From: a virus
Taxonomy: Duplodnaviria; Caudoviricetes
Reading direction: 5' to 3' (one strand)
Virus record (IMG/VR): IMGVR_UViG_3300033067_000051
Coordinates: 1 to 44,643 of that record
Length of the DNA stretch: 44,643 bases
This document shows positions 1 to 8,059 of this stretch, piece after piece. The notes below the pieces were generated by a model. That model saw only the letters and a list, made by a program, of their open reading frames with translations, was not told the DNA's origin and did not search any database. How positions within the stretch are numbered: the stretch's first letter is position 1; each line of letters starts with the position of its first letter. The translations under genes and the position numbers were made by a program.

Positions 1-287
1 AGAGCTTGATTGACAGATCGGCCTTTAACGCCAGCCGCAGCCGCAGACACCTCTACCCTAGCTTGGGTAAGGATTGATCCGCGCTGTAGCTGGATGGCTT
101 GTTGGTTGAACGCTTGTTGAGCAAGCAGTTCATTCTGCGTGATCGCATTTTGGTTCACAGAGTTCGACAACTGCACCATAGCATTGTTATATGCTTGGAT
201 GGCGCGGCTTGCCTTCGACGATGCCTTATCAGCATTGTATGAACTCAACATAGAACCTAATTGTAATCCTGCGCTAAGATAATCCAT
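1..287 (-). CDS. Internal virion protein (T7 gp14-like), N-terminal part; continues across the junction into 44643..44322 (202 aa in total)
   Basis: ATG at 287 overlaps the tail tube B stop (TAATG). It reads MDYLSAGLQLGSMLSSYNADKASS...VSAAAAGVKGRSVNQAL and joins in frame to FNVQRNAAN... at the window end. The Ala/Gln-rich content and position after tube B are typical. Confidence 0.85.
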   Translation of the reverse strand, partial: MDYLSAGLQLGSMLSSYNADKASSKASRAIQAYNNAMVQLSNSVNQNAITQNELLAQQAFNQQAIQLQRGSILTQARVEVSAAAAGVKGRSVNQA

Positions 288-2683
288 TAGCTATTGCCTC
301 CCTGAGCAATTCGTCTGCCCTTCTTCGTATACTGACCAATATATTCAATATCCATGATCGTCATTGGAAGGTGACTATCGGAGTACAAATCAATCTCAGC
401 GTTTTCTACGTTGTCCCTGAACGGAAGTACAAATGTACCGTCCTGAATAGGCGCTTCGCCAATCAGGTTGTTCGGGTTACCAACCGTATATCCGGAGAAT
501 GATAGCTGTACTGTGTCGCGGTACGGTGATCGTACCTGCGCGGCAATGTACCCTGTCTCTCTATAGTTCACTAGGAACTTACTTACAATGAGGTTACCTG
601 TACCAATCTTCACATTGTCTTGGTCTTTGACCATAGGCATTGTGGGTGTATACAGACTCATGTATCGCTGACCACATATAACTGTGCCACCTTCCATGTC
701 GTCTGCAAGTGTAATTGTTGCAGTACCCTCGTCGTAATTGTCCACTAGAACTCTAAGTCCGGGATTAGGGCATCCCTCGCCTTGCACGAACACCATGTCT
801 TCAATGTCCGGCATGTCTGGCAAAGGCTGCACGATGGTTGTATCTACGTTCTCAACGCTGACTCGACGATCCAATAGAACTTGGTAATTCAATTCAACAT
901 CATTCTGGATATTCAAATCCATCTTTTCTAAAACATATTCCTCCCCGATCTGCGAGATCACATAGATCACACTCTCTACAAAGAAGAAGTGTTTGATCTG
1001 GTTTGGTGTAGCCCATCGACTCCAAGAAGACTGAGCCTTCTGGTCGCCAAGCCAAATATATTCATACGCATACAGGTAGCGTTCATCTGAATCCGTTTGC
1101 ACCACGAGCATGTCGAAGTTCGATGTACTGGCTAGGTTATTGACCTTACCGGGAATGTACTTCAACACATGCTGTGTGATTGGACGAGAATCGTTGATGT
1201 CTTGCGATCCCTCTGTGTAAAACTCTCGGATGCCTGTATAGGCCCCGTAGTTAATAGCAAAGAAGATATTTCTACCAGCAGGAACTGGAGCAGCGCCCAA
1301 CTCAGACTCAAACGCTGTCGTAAGAACGAGCGAGGAGTTATCTGGAGTTAGCGAGTTACGCCCGAACACAATGAACTGAGCAGCGCCTTCAGAGAAGACG
1401 ACAAGATCGCGGTTGTGCGGAATAGCCATAAGCATATTCGACGCGCCCTTCGCGGTACTCTCAATGTCAATAGGATCGGTTTCCGCAGATGTAGTTGCCG
1501 ACTCAATCCAGAAATCATCCGGCTTGTTCGTGCGACTCATAATAACTGCGGGGCCAGCAAGGAACACTAATCGTCCTTGGAAATACGTAAGCCAATTAAT
1601 ATTCTTGCCCACAAACGATGGGTCTTCATTCGATACTTCATCACCCACTTGGCGACCTTTCCAGTCACCGTGTGCGATAGTAAATTCACCCGTGTCCTCA
1701 TCATACGTGAGTTTGAGTGGCATGGTCTCCTGATCCATAAGATACGGAATACCGGGCGCTACGTTCTCAACCCACAGACCGTCCTGACCGAAGCCAGCGC
1801 CATTTGCGGGAACGCTCCCAGTGGAGCTAGGAGTACATTGGAACTCCAGATACCAATCGTCTTGGTCGGCTGCACCGTCACCCGTGATTTTCACAATGTA
1901 TCCTTGCGGAGCAAAGCGAGGGAGGGTACTGGCATCATCGACCGAGTTATTGATAGCAAACATATTCGTTCCACCGTCACCATCAGAGACAGTAACTGTG
2001 AATGAACCTGCGGATGGAGTATCGCGTTGGATGTACAATACATCAGATACGCGAGTACAGTTAAAAGTTCCGGTAAATGTACCGTTAGCTTGTAATAGAT
2101 CGTCCAGAGCATCCGCTAAGAAGTCCGTGGCAATCTCAGCAGCTACAGTAGCTGACGAGTTGTGCGACACGGTTAGCGATTGATCTACGCCCATACCATC
2201 TTTCCACTTAATCGTAATACTATACGTGCGAGAGTATTGTCCACCAAGCAAGAACACTAATGATCCTGTGTCAACATAGCTCTTTGAGCCAGCTTCCATA
2301 GCCACCACTTTCGTTGTGTTCGCTACATAGGTTACAGCGTCCAGCGTTGTGAACGCCAGCTTCCCACCGTCTAAATAATCGAAGGCAGAGTCCTCTTCGT
2401 TCACCGTAACTTCTGAACCATCAAGTTCAAATACACGTAGTGATCCTGTAGAGGCGGCTGCAATAAATCTTTGGTTGTTCCCAATATCGAACTCGTAGAA
2501 CTGCGGAACAGTTGCAGAGTTCATCAGGTTTGCAATGTATTCAAGAGGAGGTCTGCGAGTTAGTCCGGAAACCGGATTCGACGACATATTTTCCTGCGCG
2601 GTACATTGCCCCGGCAATCGGGATCGTCTAGGTTGCTGCGATACACCCTGAATCAGGGATCGCATTGCACCATCCACTTTCAT
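287..2683 (-). CDS. Tail tubular protein B (T7 gp12-like nozzle)
   Basis: 798 aa; N-terminal LIQGVSQQP and GLTRRP, PSFVG...YFQGRLVFL, and SSWSRW motifs; follows tube A. Confidence 0.93.
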   Translation of the reverse strand: MKVDGAMRSLIQGVSQQPRRSRLPGQCTAQENMSSNPVSGLTRRPPLEYIANLMNSATVPQFYEFDIGNNQRFIAAASTGSLRVFELDGSEVTVNEEDSAFDYLDGGKLAFTTLDAVTYVANTTKVVAMEAGSKSYVDTGSLVFLLGGQYSRTYSITIKWKDGMGVDQSLTVSHNSSATVAAEIATDFLADALDDLLQANGTFTGTFNCTRVSDVLYIQRDTPSAGSFTVTVSDGDGGTNMFAINNSVDDASTLPRFAPQGYIVKITGDGAADQDDWYLEFQCTPSSTGSVPANGAGFGQDGLWVENVAPGIPYLMDQETMPLKLTYDEDTGEFTIAHGDWKGRQVGDEVSNEDPSFVGKNINWLTYFQGRLVFLAGPAVIMSRTNKPDDFWIESATTSAETDPIDIESTAKGASNMLMAIPHNRDLVVFSEGAAQFIVFGRNSLTPDNSSLVLTTAFESELGAAPVPAGRNIFFAINYGAYTGIREFYTEGSQDINDSRPITQHVLKYIPGKVNNLASTSNFDMLVVQTDSDERYLYAYEYIWLGDQKAQSSWSRWATPNQIKHFFFVESVIYVISQIGEEYVLEKMDLNIQNDVELNYQVLLDRRVSVENVDTTIVQPLPDMPDIEDMVFVQGEGCPNPGLRVLVDNYDEGTATITLADDMEGGTVICGQRYMSLYTPTMPMVKDQDNVKIGTGNLIVSKFLVNYRETGYIAAQVRSPYRDTVQLSFSGYTVGNPNNLIGEAPIQDGTFVLPFRDNVENAEIDLYSDSHLPMTIMDIEYIGQYTKKGRRIAQGGNS

Positions 2684-3285
2684 TAATAGCCTCCCGGTAC
2701 ATTCGGATTACTGCGTCCCGTACCAAGAGTACGAAGTCGAAGAGCCGCTACGATAGGGCGCTCCTTAGCAGTTAGGTCTAATGCCTGTAATTGTTCTTGC
2801 TGGAGTTCGGCCCAAGCCTCTCCGGCGTTCTTCAGCAAACGATTGGCCTTCTGTTCGTCGCCATCATCGTTCACATAGAAATCATACGCAGCGCGGTGCA
2901 TCAAGTATTGCGCGGCGGTTTCTGGCAAGTCTTCGACGGGCAACATCAGGACAACATCACAAATGACATTCGCTCCGATATTGTACGTATGGTTTACTGG
3001 ATCGTATAGCTTGCCGCTACGCCGAACGAGTTTAGATGAAGTATTGACTGGATCGCACTTCAGCGTGTCTTGCGGGATAATAACATGTCCCGTTTGAGTG
3101 TCTGGGCTTAATACCAATCCGTACTCCGAGTTGAACCACCAACCACGGGTCTGCATCTGCTTGTTCAGCCTGTTCAGCGTCACGGATGCCGATACGGCAG
3201 ACGGGTGTGTACTGGCTGCCGAGCTAACGGGGTTCTCACCGACCGTGTTCAGCATGTGGTTCAGCACTTCGAGTTTTGTCGTCAT
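2683..3285 (-). CDS. Tail tubular protein A (T7 gp11-like adaptor)
   Basis: 200 aa; LEVLNHMLNTVGENPV and QTRGWWFN motifs; directly downstream of the capsid gene; AAGGAG RBS. Confidence 0.92.
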   Translation of the reverse strand: MTTKLEVLNHMLNTVGENPVSSAASTHPSAVSASVTLNRLNKQMQTRGWWFNSEYGLVLSPDTQTGHVIIPQDTLKCDPVNTSSKLVRRSGKLYDPVNHTYNIGANVICDVVLMLPVEDLPETAAQYLMHRAAYDFYVNDDGDEQKANRLLKNAGEAWAELQQEQLQALDLTAKERPIVAALRLRTLGTGRSNPNVPGGY

Positions 3286-3302
3286 TAAATCTCCTTAAAC
3301 GC

Positions 3303-3330
3303 AAAAAAGCCCTCCCCGTTAAGGGAGGGC
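3303..3330 (-). terminator. Intrinsic terminator after major capsid gene (Tphi-like)
   Basis: Minus strand GCCCTCCC-TTAACG-GGGAGGGC followed by TTTTTT. Confidence 0.9.
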
Positions 3331-3354
3331 CATACTTATATTAGGAGTTGACTA

Positions 3355-4323
3355 TTAGGCGCGGTACTTGTTGACCGTACCGCATACATCAGGACGGTTG
3401 ACCGTAACGCCGAAGGCGATGAAGGAATCAATGAACCATTGTTTCTCTTCACGGTTGAACCAGATGTCTGAAGTCATTGGGATCGTTTCACCAGCGAACA
3501 GCGATTTCGGATGCAGGATAACTGCAACGGCATCGGCTTCTTCGGCAGTCATGTCATAGGCGTTGCTGTTACCAGCGTTGCTCAATTTGTGACCAGTGAT
3601 AGCAGCCGTAGGAATACGGGCTGTCTTAACGATACGTGCACCATTGATCTCATAGATAAGACCTTTGGCGAAGTCGCCGTTACCGGACGAATAATCGCGG
3701 CTCATCAGTTTGTTGTTGTTCTTCAGAACTTCAAACTGAGTTGGGCGAACGAAGACCAGCAATTCTGCAACGTCAATATCTTCTTCTTCCATCGAGGTGA
3801 TGATAGCAGCGATCTTGGCGTACAGTTTGTCTGGATCGAGTTCGTCACCAGCAGAGGCGAACTCAAGGTTCTTACCAGCACCGATGGCGCTGTTCAGACC
3901 AGTTGGTGCAGTTTGTTTCGCACCTTTGATTGCTTGGATGATGAAGGCTTGGTCAAAGAACTTGCCCAATTCCTTACCATGATCCTGTGCCAGTTCCATA
4001 CGTGCATCGAAATGCGTTTGGAACTCGTTCAGCATCGAACGGTTATCACGAGCCAGAATGACCGTATCAACGACCAACTGAACTTTACCGAAACCAGTGA
4101 CAGTCGGTTCAGGGCGAACACCGGGAACCAGTGCTTGCAACTGAGTACGACCAACGCGGTTATTTACGATAGTGTCAGTGCCGCGAACAGGACGTACTTT
4201 GACGTACTGGCGCATAATTGCAGATTTTGCAAACTGCGATTCGACTTCACCACCGTACTCGTCGATCAACAGATCAGTTGATACGTCTGAGAGGTGGGTG
4301 CTGTCTTGTGGAAGTCCACTCAT
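3355..4323 (-). CDS. Major capsid protein (T7 gp10-like)
   Basis: 322 aa; LLIDEYGGEVESQF, HGKELGKFFDQA and FGVTVNRPD motifs; follows scaffold; strong RBS. Confidence 0.95.
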   Translation of the reverse strand: MSGLPQDSTHLSDVSTDLLIDEYGGEVESQFAKSAIMRQYVKVRPVRGTDTIVNNRVGRTQLQALVPGVRPEPTVTGFGKVQLVVDTVILARDNRSMLNEFQTHFDARMELAQDHGKELGKFFDQAFIIQAIKGAKQTAPTGLNSAIGAGKNLEFASAGDELDPDKLYAKIAAIITSMEEEDIDVAELLVFVRPTQFEVLKNNNKLMSRDYSSGNGDFAKGLIYEINGARIVKTARIPTAAITGHKLSNAGNSNAYDMTAEEADAVAVILHPKSLFAGETIPMTSDIWFNREEKQWFIDSFIAFGVTVNRPDVCGTVNKYRA

Positions 4324-4339
4324 TTATTTCTCCTTAAAA

Positions 4340-5215
4340 TTATTTTCGTTCCGTCTTGCGGGTATGCAGACGTTGTGTGCGGAGTTGGGCCACTCTACGG
4401 TGGTCACCTTTCTCCTGCGCTTCTTTGACTTGTTTCAGATATTCGTCGCGGGATAGTGGCTGCAAGTCTACGCCGATTGACGGTGACTTATCACCGTGTA
4501 CGTATGTGTTACCAAGAGCCTTGTTATTCGGAGCAGCTTCGTATCTTTTCTTCAAGTCCATTGCCGCAAGTTTCGCGCCATACGTGGAACCATTAATCAT
4601 CTGATTAAAGGCGACCAGTTCTTTGGCGAACTCGGGATTCTTATCTGCCTCGGCTCTCGCCCAAGCAGCAATCTTGTCGAAATTTTCCTTGCCTCCGGCT
4701 ACTTCCAATACAGCATTGACTGTGACTTGCGCCTCAGACATTTGACGATTGTAGTATTCCTTCGCAAGCGCCATCACGGCGGTAGCTTTTTCTTTACCGA
4801 GCTTCTCGGTCAACCCTTTCAGGTCGATCTTCGAGATGTCGCCCGTGTCAAGCACAGGTTGAAAGAACTTAGCGGCCTCTTCGGCAGGTACACCAGCTTC
4901 CTTGAACATGGACACAGCAGCGTCAGCCGCTTCATCACCATACTCAACATACTCTACCTTCTCATCAACTGGAGCTTCCTCGCCCTCTTTCGGGGGCTGC
5001 TCTTCTTCAGTCTTGGCGGCAGGATCAGGAGTCTCTTCCGTTTTGTTTTTATCATCCGTTTCAGGAGTCTTCTCTTCCACCTTAGCGGGGGCCTGAGCAA
5101 TCTCTGGGGCTTTGGGAGCACCCTGAGTGGTCTGGCCTTCATCGAGATCAGTCGCAGTTACACCGGGAGGTAAACCTTTTTGGGTTACTGGCTGATCGCC
5201 TGTTTGTTCTGTCAT
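4340..5215 (-). CDS. Capsid scaffolding protein (T7 gp9-like)
   Basis: 291 aa; acidic N-terminus, AGGKENFDKIAAWA motif; lies between portal and capsid. Confidence 0.88.
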   Translation of the reverse strand: MTEQTGDQPVTQKGLPPGVTATDLDEGQTTQGAPKAPEIAQAPAKVEEKTPETDDKNKTEETPDPAAKTEEEQPPKEGEEAPVDEKVEYVEYGDEAADAAVSMFKEAGVPAEEAAKFFQPVLDTGDISKIDLKGLTEKLGKEKATAVMALAKEYYNRQMSEAQVTVNAVLEVAGGKENFDKIAAWARAEADKNPEFAKELVAFNQMINGSTYGAKLAAMDLKKRYEAAPNNKALGNTYVHGDKSPSIGVDLQPLSRDEYLKQVKEAQEKGDHRRVAQLRTQRLHTRKTERK

Positions 5216-6807
5216 TATTCTTCTTTCATAGCTTGTTCAGCAGCTTTAGCAGCAACGCCAACGCCAGCCTCTTGCTGTACCATTTGACTTTGTGCATCCA
5301 TCTGGGCTTGTGCCTCTGCTTGCATCTGATCCGCAGTCTTCAGGAACTTGTCGTAGTCTACTGCTCGACGAACTCCAATGAACTGCAAGAATCGGGTGTT
5401 ATCAATAGCAGCCAAGATTCCTTCTGGTAGGTTGTTCAACATACTTGCATCCTGCATCATTTGACGCAGGTTGTCCAGATCACCTGCTCGGCTCAGTGAG
5501 TCGAGACCTGTAATGATCTGTGGATAGATTGTCATTCCGTTACCGATATTGACATTGACTCGCTTGAGCATCAGTCGTGCAGTAGGAGCTTGCCACTCAT
5601 CGGCAAAGCGAGAGTAAATCCCGCCATGCGATAGTTCGAGTTCCTGTACAACGTATCTGATCTCTTCAGCCGTAACACGTTCAGCGTCACGGGTCATAGC
5701 GGAGTTCAGCAAGAAGGCTTGGGCGATTGAGCGAGTCAGTCTTTCGACTGCCGATTCAACCATAGCCAAATCCATTTGCTTATCAAGCTGGATCGCTGTA
5801 ACATCGTCTTTCTTACCGGAGTGGTACGTACCAGACTCGGCACTGTTCAATGCAGCAACATCAACCATAGAGGTTGGGTCTACAAGGAACTTAATGTCAG
5901 CCGCAATACCTACCGCAGTAGTCAAGGCGTTGTTCAGAATATATAGCGAGTGGAACGCACCTGCGTAGTCCTCAACGAGTCCTCGTCCGTAGTCTTCACC
6001 ACGTACAAGGTTCCACGTAAGAGGAATCCAAGGTAGTTCGTCACGAGGCCATACACCTTTCGAGTCCAGCGGAATATCATCCGCATGTTGTGTCAGATGG
6101 AATTTACCATCGTCATGCAACTTGAGTCGTGTGTACAATGTAACGTCACAATCGTCAGTGTAGTCTTTTCCGTCTTTCTTTTTCCCGGCCTTCAGCAGTT
6201 CACGAACCTCTGGGGCAAACGTGAACAATGCTTTCATGTCTCGGGTTAGGATTTCGACGACTACTCCGGACAGATCGCGTACAACGCAATAGTCCTTCAG
6301 TGAGTAGTTCTGTACTCTCCCCGTTTTGTTCTCGGGGTGATACATCAGGGTGTTCCCTGTAATGATTAAGCTCTTCGCAGCCATCGTGGCTTCTGTGCGG
6401 TACTTGGTATAATCCAATTCGAGCATGGCTTCTTTTTCAATTTTAGCCAAGTTCTTGTCTAGGTTATCCAGAATCTCCTGTGCATCAGGGTCGCCATCTT
6501 TGGCAGCTTGTGCAAGCTCATCAGTAAAATCATCTCTTACCAGCATACGGAAGAATGGTTGGTACGGCGCGTACAGAGTCATAATCAACTTGTTCGCCAA
6601 GTGATTTACGGCTCTGGCTCCAGTGGAGTCAGTCGCGCTAGCCAATTCATTATTCTCGCCTCCGTCTACAGGGAATACATACGGCAATGTCCACCGCGAG
6701 TATTCCTCGCAGCGATTCATCAACGAAGTCTTCTTTCCTTGGCGTTTAGTCCAAAGGTCAGATAATTTTTCGTCTTGTTCTACTTTATCATCTTTATTGT
6801 ATTCCAC
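5215..6807 (-). CDS. Portal / head-tail connector (T7 gp8-like)
   Basis: 530 aa with GTG start; GARAVNHLANKL, GEDYGRGLVEDY and RDAERVTAEEIR motifs. Confidence 0.96.
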   Translation of the reverse strand: MEYNKDDKVEQDEKLSDLWTKRQGKKTSLMNRCEEYSRWTLPYVFPVDGGENNELASATDSTGARAVNHLANKLIMTLYAPYQPFFRMLVRDDFTDELAQAAKDGDPDAQEILDNLDKNLAKIEKEAMLELDYTKYRTEATMAAKSLIITGNTLMYHPENKTGRVQNYSLKDYCVVRDLSGVVVEILTRDMKALFTFAPEVRELLKAGKKKDGKDYTDDCDVTLYTRLKLHDDGKFHLTQHADDIPLDSKGVWPRDELPWIPLTWNLVRGEDYGRGLVEDYAGAFHSLYILNNALTTAVGIAADIKFLVDPTSMVDVAALNSAESGTYHSGKKDDVTAIQLDKQMDLAMVESAVERLTRSIAQAFLLNSAMTRDAERVTAEEIRYVVQELELSHGGIYSRFADEWQAPTARLMLKRVNVNIGNGMTIYPQIITGLDSLSRAGDLDNLRQMMQDASMLNNLPEGILAAIDNTRFLQFIGVRRAVDYDKFLKTADQMQAEAQAQMDAQSQMVQQEAGVGVAAKAAEQAMKEE

Positions 6808-6817
6808 TGTGCACTCC

Positions 6818-7081
6818 CTAGATGTTCAATCCACCTTGACCAAGTGATCCGAGAATATCTACGGATCGTCCTGATCGGCGGCTTGAGCCTCCACCGGATA
6901 CACGTTGGTTCCGGTTGTCCGTACCTACCACGATACGTGCACCGCCATCATCTCGACGGGTTGGTGCAGGGGCGGGTGGGATAGCGGGAGTTGGTAGCGT
7001 AGGTGGTTTTGGTTTATTCATTAAACCTAGTAGGCTGGAGGCTAGTCCACCAGCCGCTAAAAGCGTGGTGACCTTAGCCAT
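6818..7081 (-). CDS. Small virion protein (T7 gp7.3-like position)
   Basis: 87 aa; Pro-rich, ends GLNI, immediately upstream of portal. Confidence 0.65.
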   Translation of the reverse strand: MAKVTTLLAAGGLASSLLGLMNKPKPPTLPTPAIPPAPAPTRRDDGGARIVVGTDNRNQRVSGGGSSRRSGRSVDILGSLGQGGLNI

Positions 7082-7090
7082 TCAGTTTGC

Positions 7091-7537
7091 TCATTTGGTT
7101 GTCCTCATTAAAGTTTGACCACAATCTTCGTAGCCGTACTTGCGAACCAAGTTATCAAAAGATTTATTCAGACCTAAGTTGGCTGTGCCGGAGCAGAACG
7201 ATACTACACATTCATGCGTATCGAACCAGTCTATCACTTCCTGCATCAGTTTACGTGACGCACCAGTACCTCGAAATTTCTTCGAGATAAAAAACTTGGT
7301 CATGTAACCAAAGTATTCCGTATGGAACTCATTCCCTCGTGCTACGATAGCACCACCAGCAAGTTCATCTCCCTCATAGTGAAGGAGTATATCTGCGTTT
7401 GGATTAAGGAGGACATCTTGTAAGTGTCCTAATACGTTTGTTTGGTTATAGGTAATCGGATAATGCGACTCCGTAATAAATTCTTCTGCTACGGATAATA
7501 TATCCGATACGCGATAGTCCCATGCGTCCAATATCAT
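7091..7537 (-). CDS. GNAT-family acetyltransferase
   Basis: 148 aa; acetyl-CoA-binding motif A FFISKKFRGTGASRKLM and C-terminal RKYGY. Confidence 0.75.
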   Translation of the reverse strand: MILDAWDYRVSDILSVAEEFITESHYPITYNQTNVLGHLQDVLLNPNADILLHYEGDELAGGAIVARGNEFHTEYFGYMTKFFISKKFRGTGASRKLMQEVIDWFDTHECVVSFCSGTANLGLNKSFDNLVRKYGYEDCGQTLMRTTK

Positions 7538-7800
7538 TTGTGTTTGCCTAAGAGTTTATCTAACTTGCCCTTCTCATTCGTGTTGCGTATGTCGTCCGGA
7601 TTACCGGATAACACTTCGCCACTCGCTTGTCGTAGGATATAGTTGATAACCTTCTGCTCACCTGCCGAGAATTTTATCTCGTCCATATTGGAGTTTGGTT
7701 TAATATCTATTGGTCTGAACACCGATTGTAGGTGTTTCGCAAATTCCATTGTTACCGCAGGAATCCGGATTGTGTGTAAGCTATTCTTATCATCTGTCAT
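7534..7800 (-). CDS. Conserved small protein at the start of the virion module
   Basis: 88 aa; ATGA-coupled to neighbours on both sides; AGEQKVI motif seen in pre-portal proteins of T7-like phages. Confidence 0.7.
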   Translation of the reverse strand: MTDDKNSLHTIRIPAVTMEFAKHLQSVFRPIDIKPNSNMDEIKFSAGEQKVINYILRQASGEVLSGNPDDIRNTNEKGKLDKLLGKHK

Positions 7801-7955
7801 GGTTCATCTTTCAAAGGATTCATAATGAGATCGTACAGACCTTCTGCTTTTAAGAACTGTACTATGCTAGTTGGCATCGGAGTATTATATACCCGGTACT
7901 CAATAGCCAGTGCCAGCTTCTCTTCATCAGAGAGGTTGTCGTAGTTCTGTCTCAT
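7797..7955 (-). CDS. Hypothetical protein, 52 aa (MRQNYDNLSDEEKLALAIEY...)
   Basis: Translated by hand (below the ORF track cutoff); GGAG RBS; stop overlaps the next ATG. Confidence 0.75.
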   Translation of the reverse strand: MRQNYDNLSDEEKLALAIEYRVYNTPMPTSIVQFLKAEGLYDLIMNPLKDEP

Positions 7956-8036
7956 TTATTTCTCCATAGTCGGCCCTCTATCCCGGCAGGGACATCTGCA
8001 AACATTGCATCGGCAGTAGTATGCCGGGATATGGGT

Positions 8037-8059
8037 CTTACTATGTATGAGTCACATTA
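8037..8059 (-). promoter_or_regulatory. Phage RNAP promoter for late genes, TAATGTGACTCATACATAGTAAG
   Basis: 21-nt core is identical to 38107..38127; resembles T7 TAATACGACTCACTATAG, with conserved GACTC; begins at the RNAP stop codon. Confidence 0.88.

Noticed and set aside
3511-5173. Long + strand ORFs (256 aa, 225 aa; also 11559-12167 and 14996-15583)
   Set aside because: Antisense shadows of capsid, scaffold, exonuclease and polymerase genes; no motifs or supporting promoters
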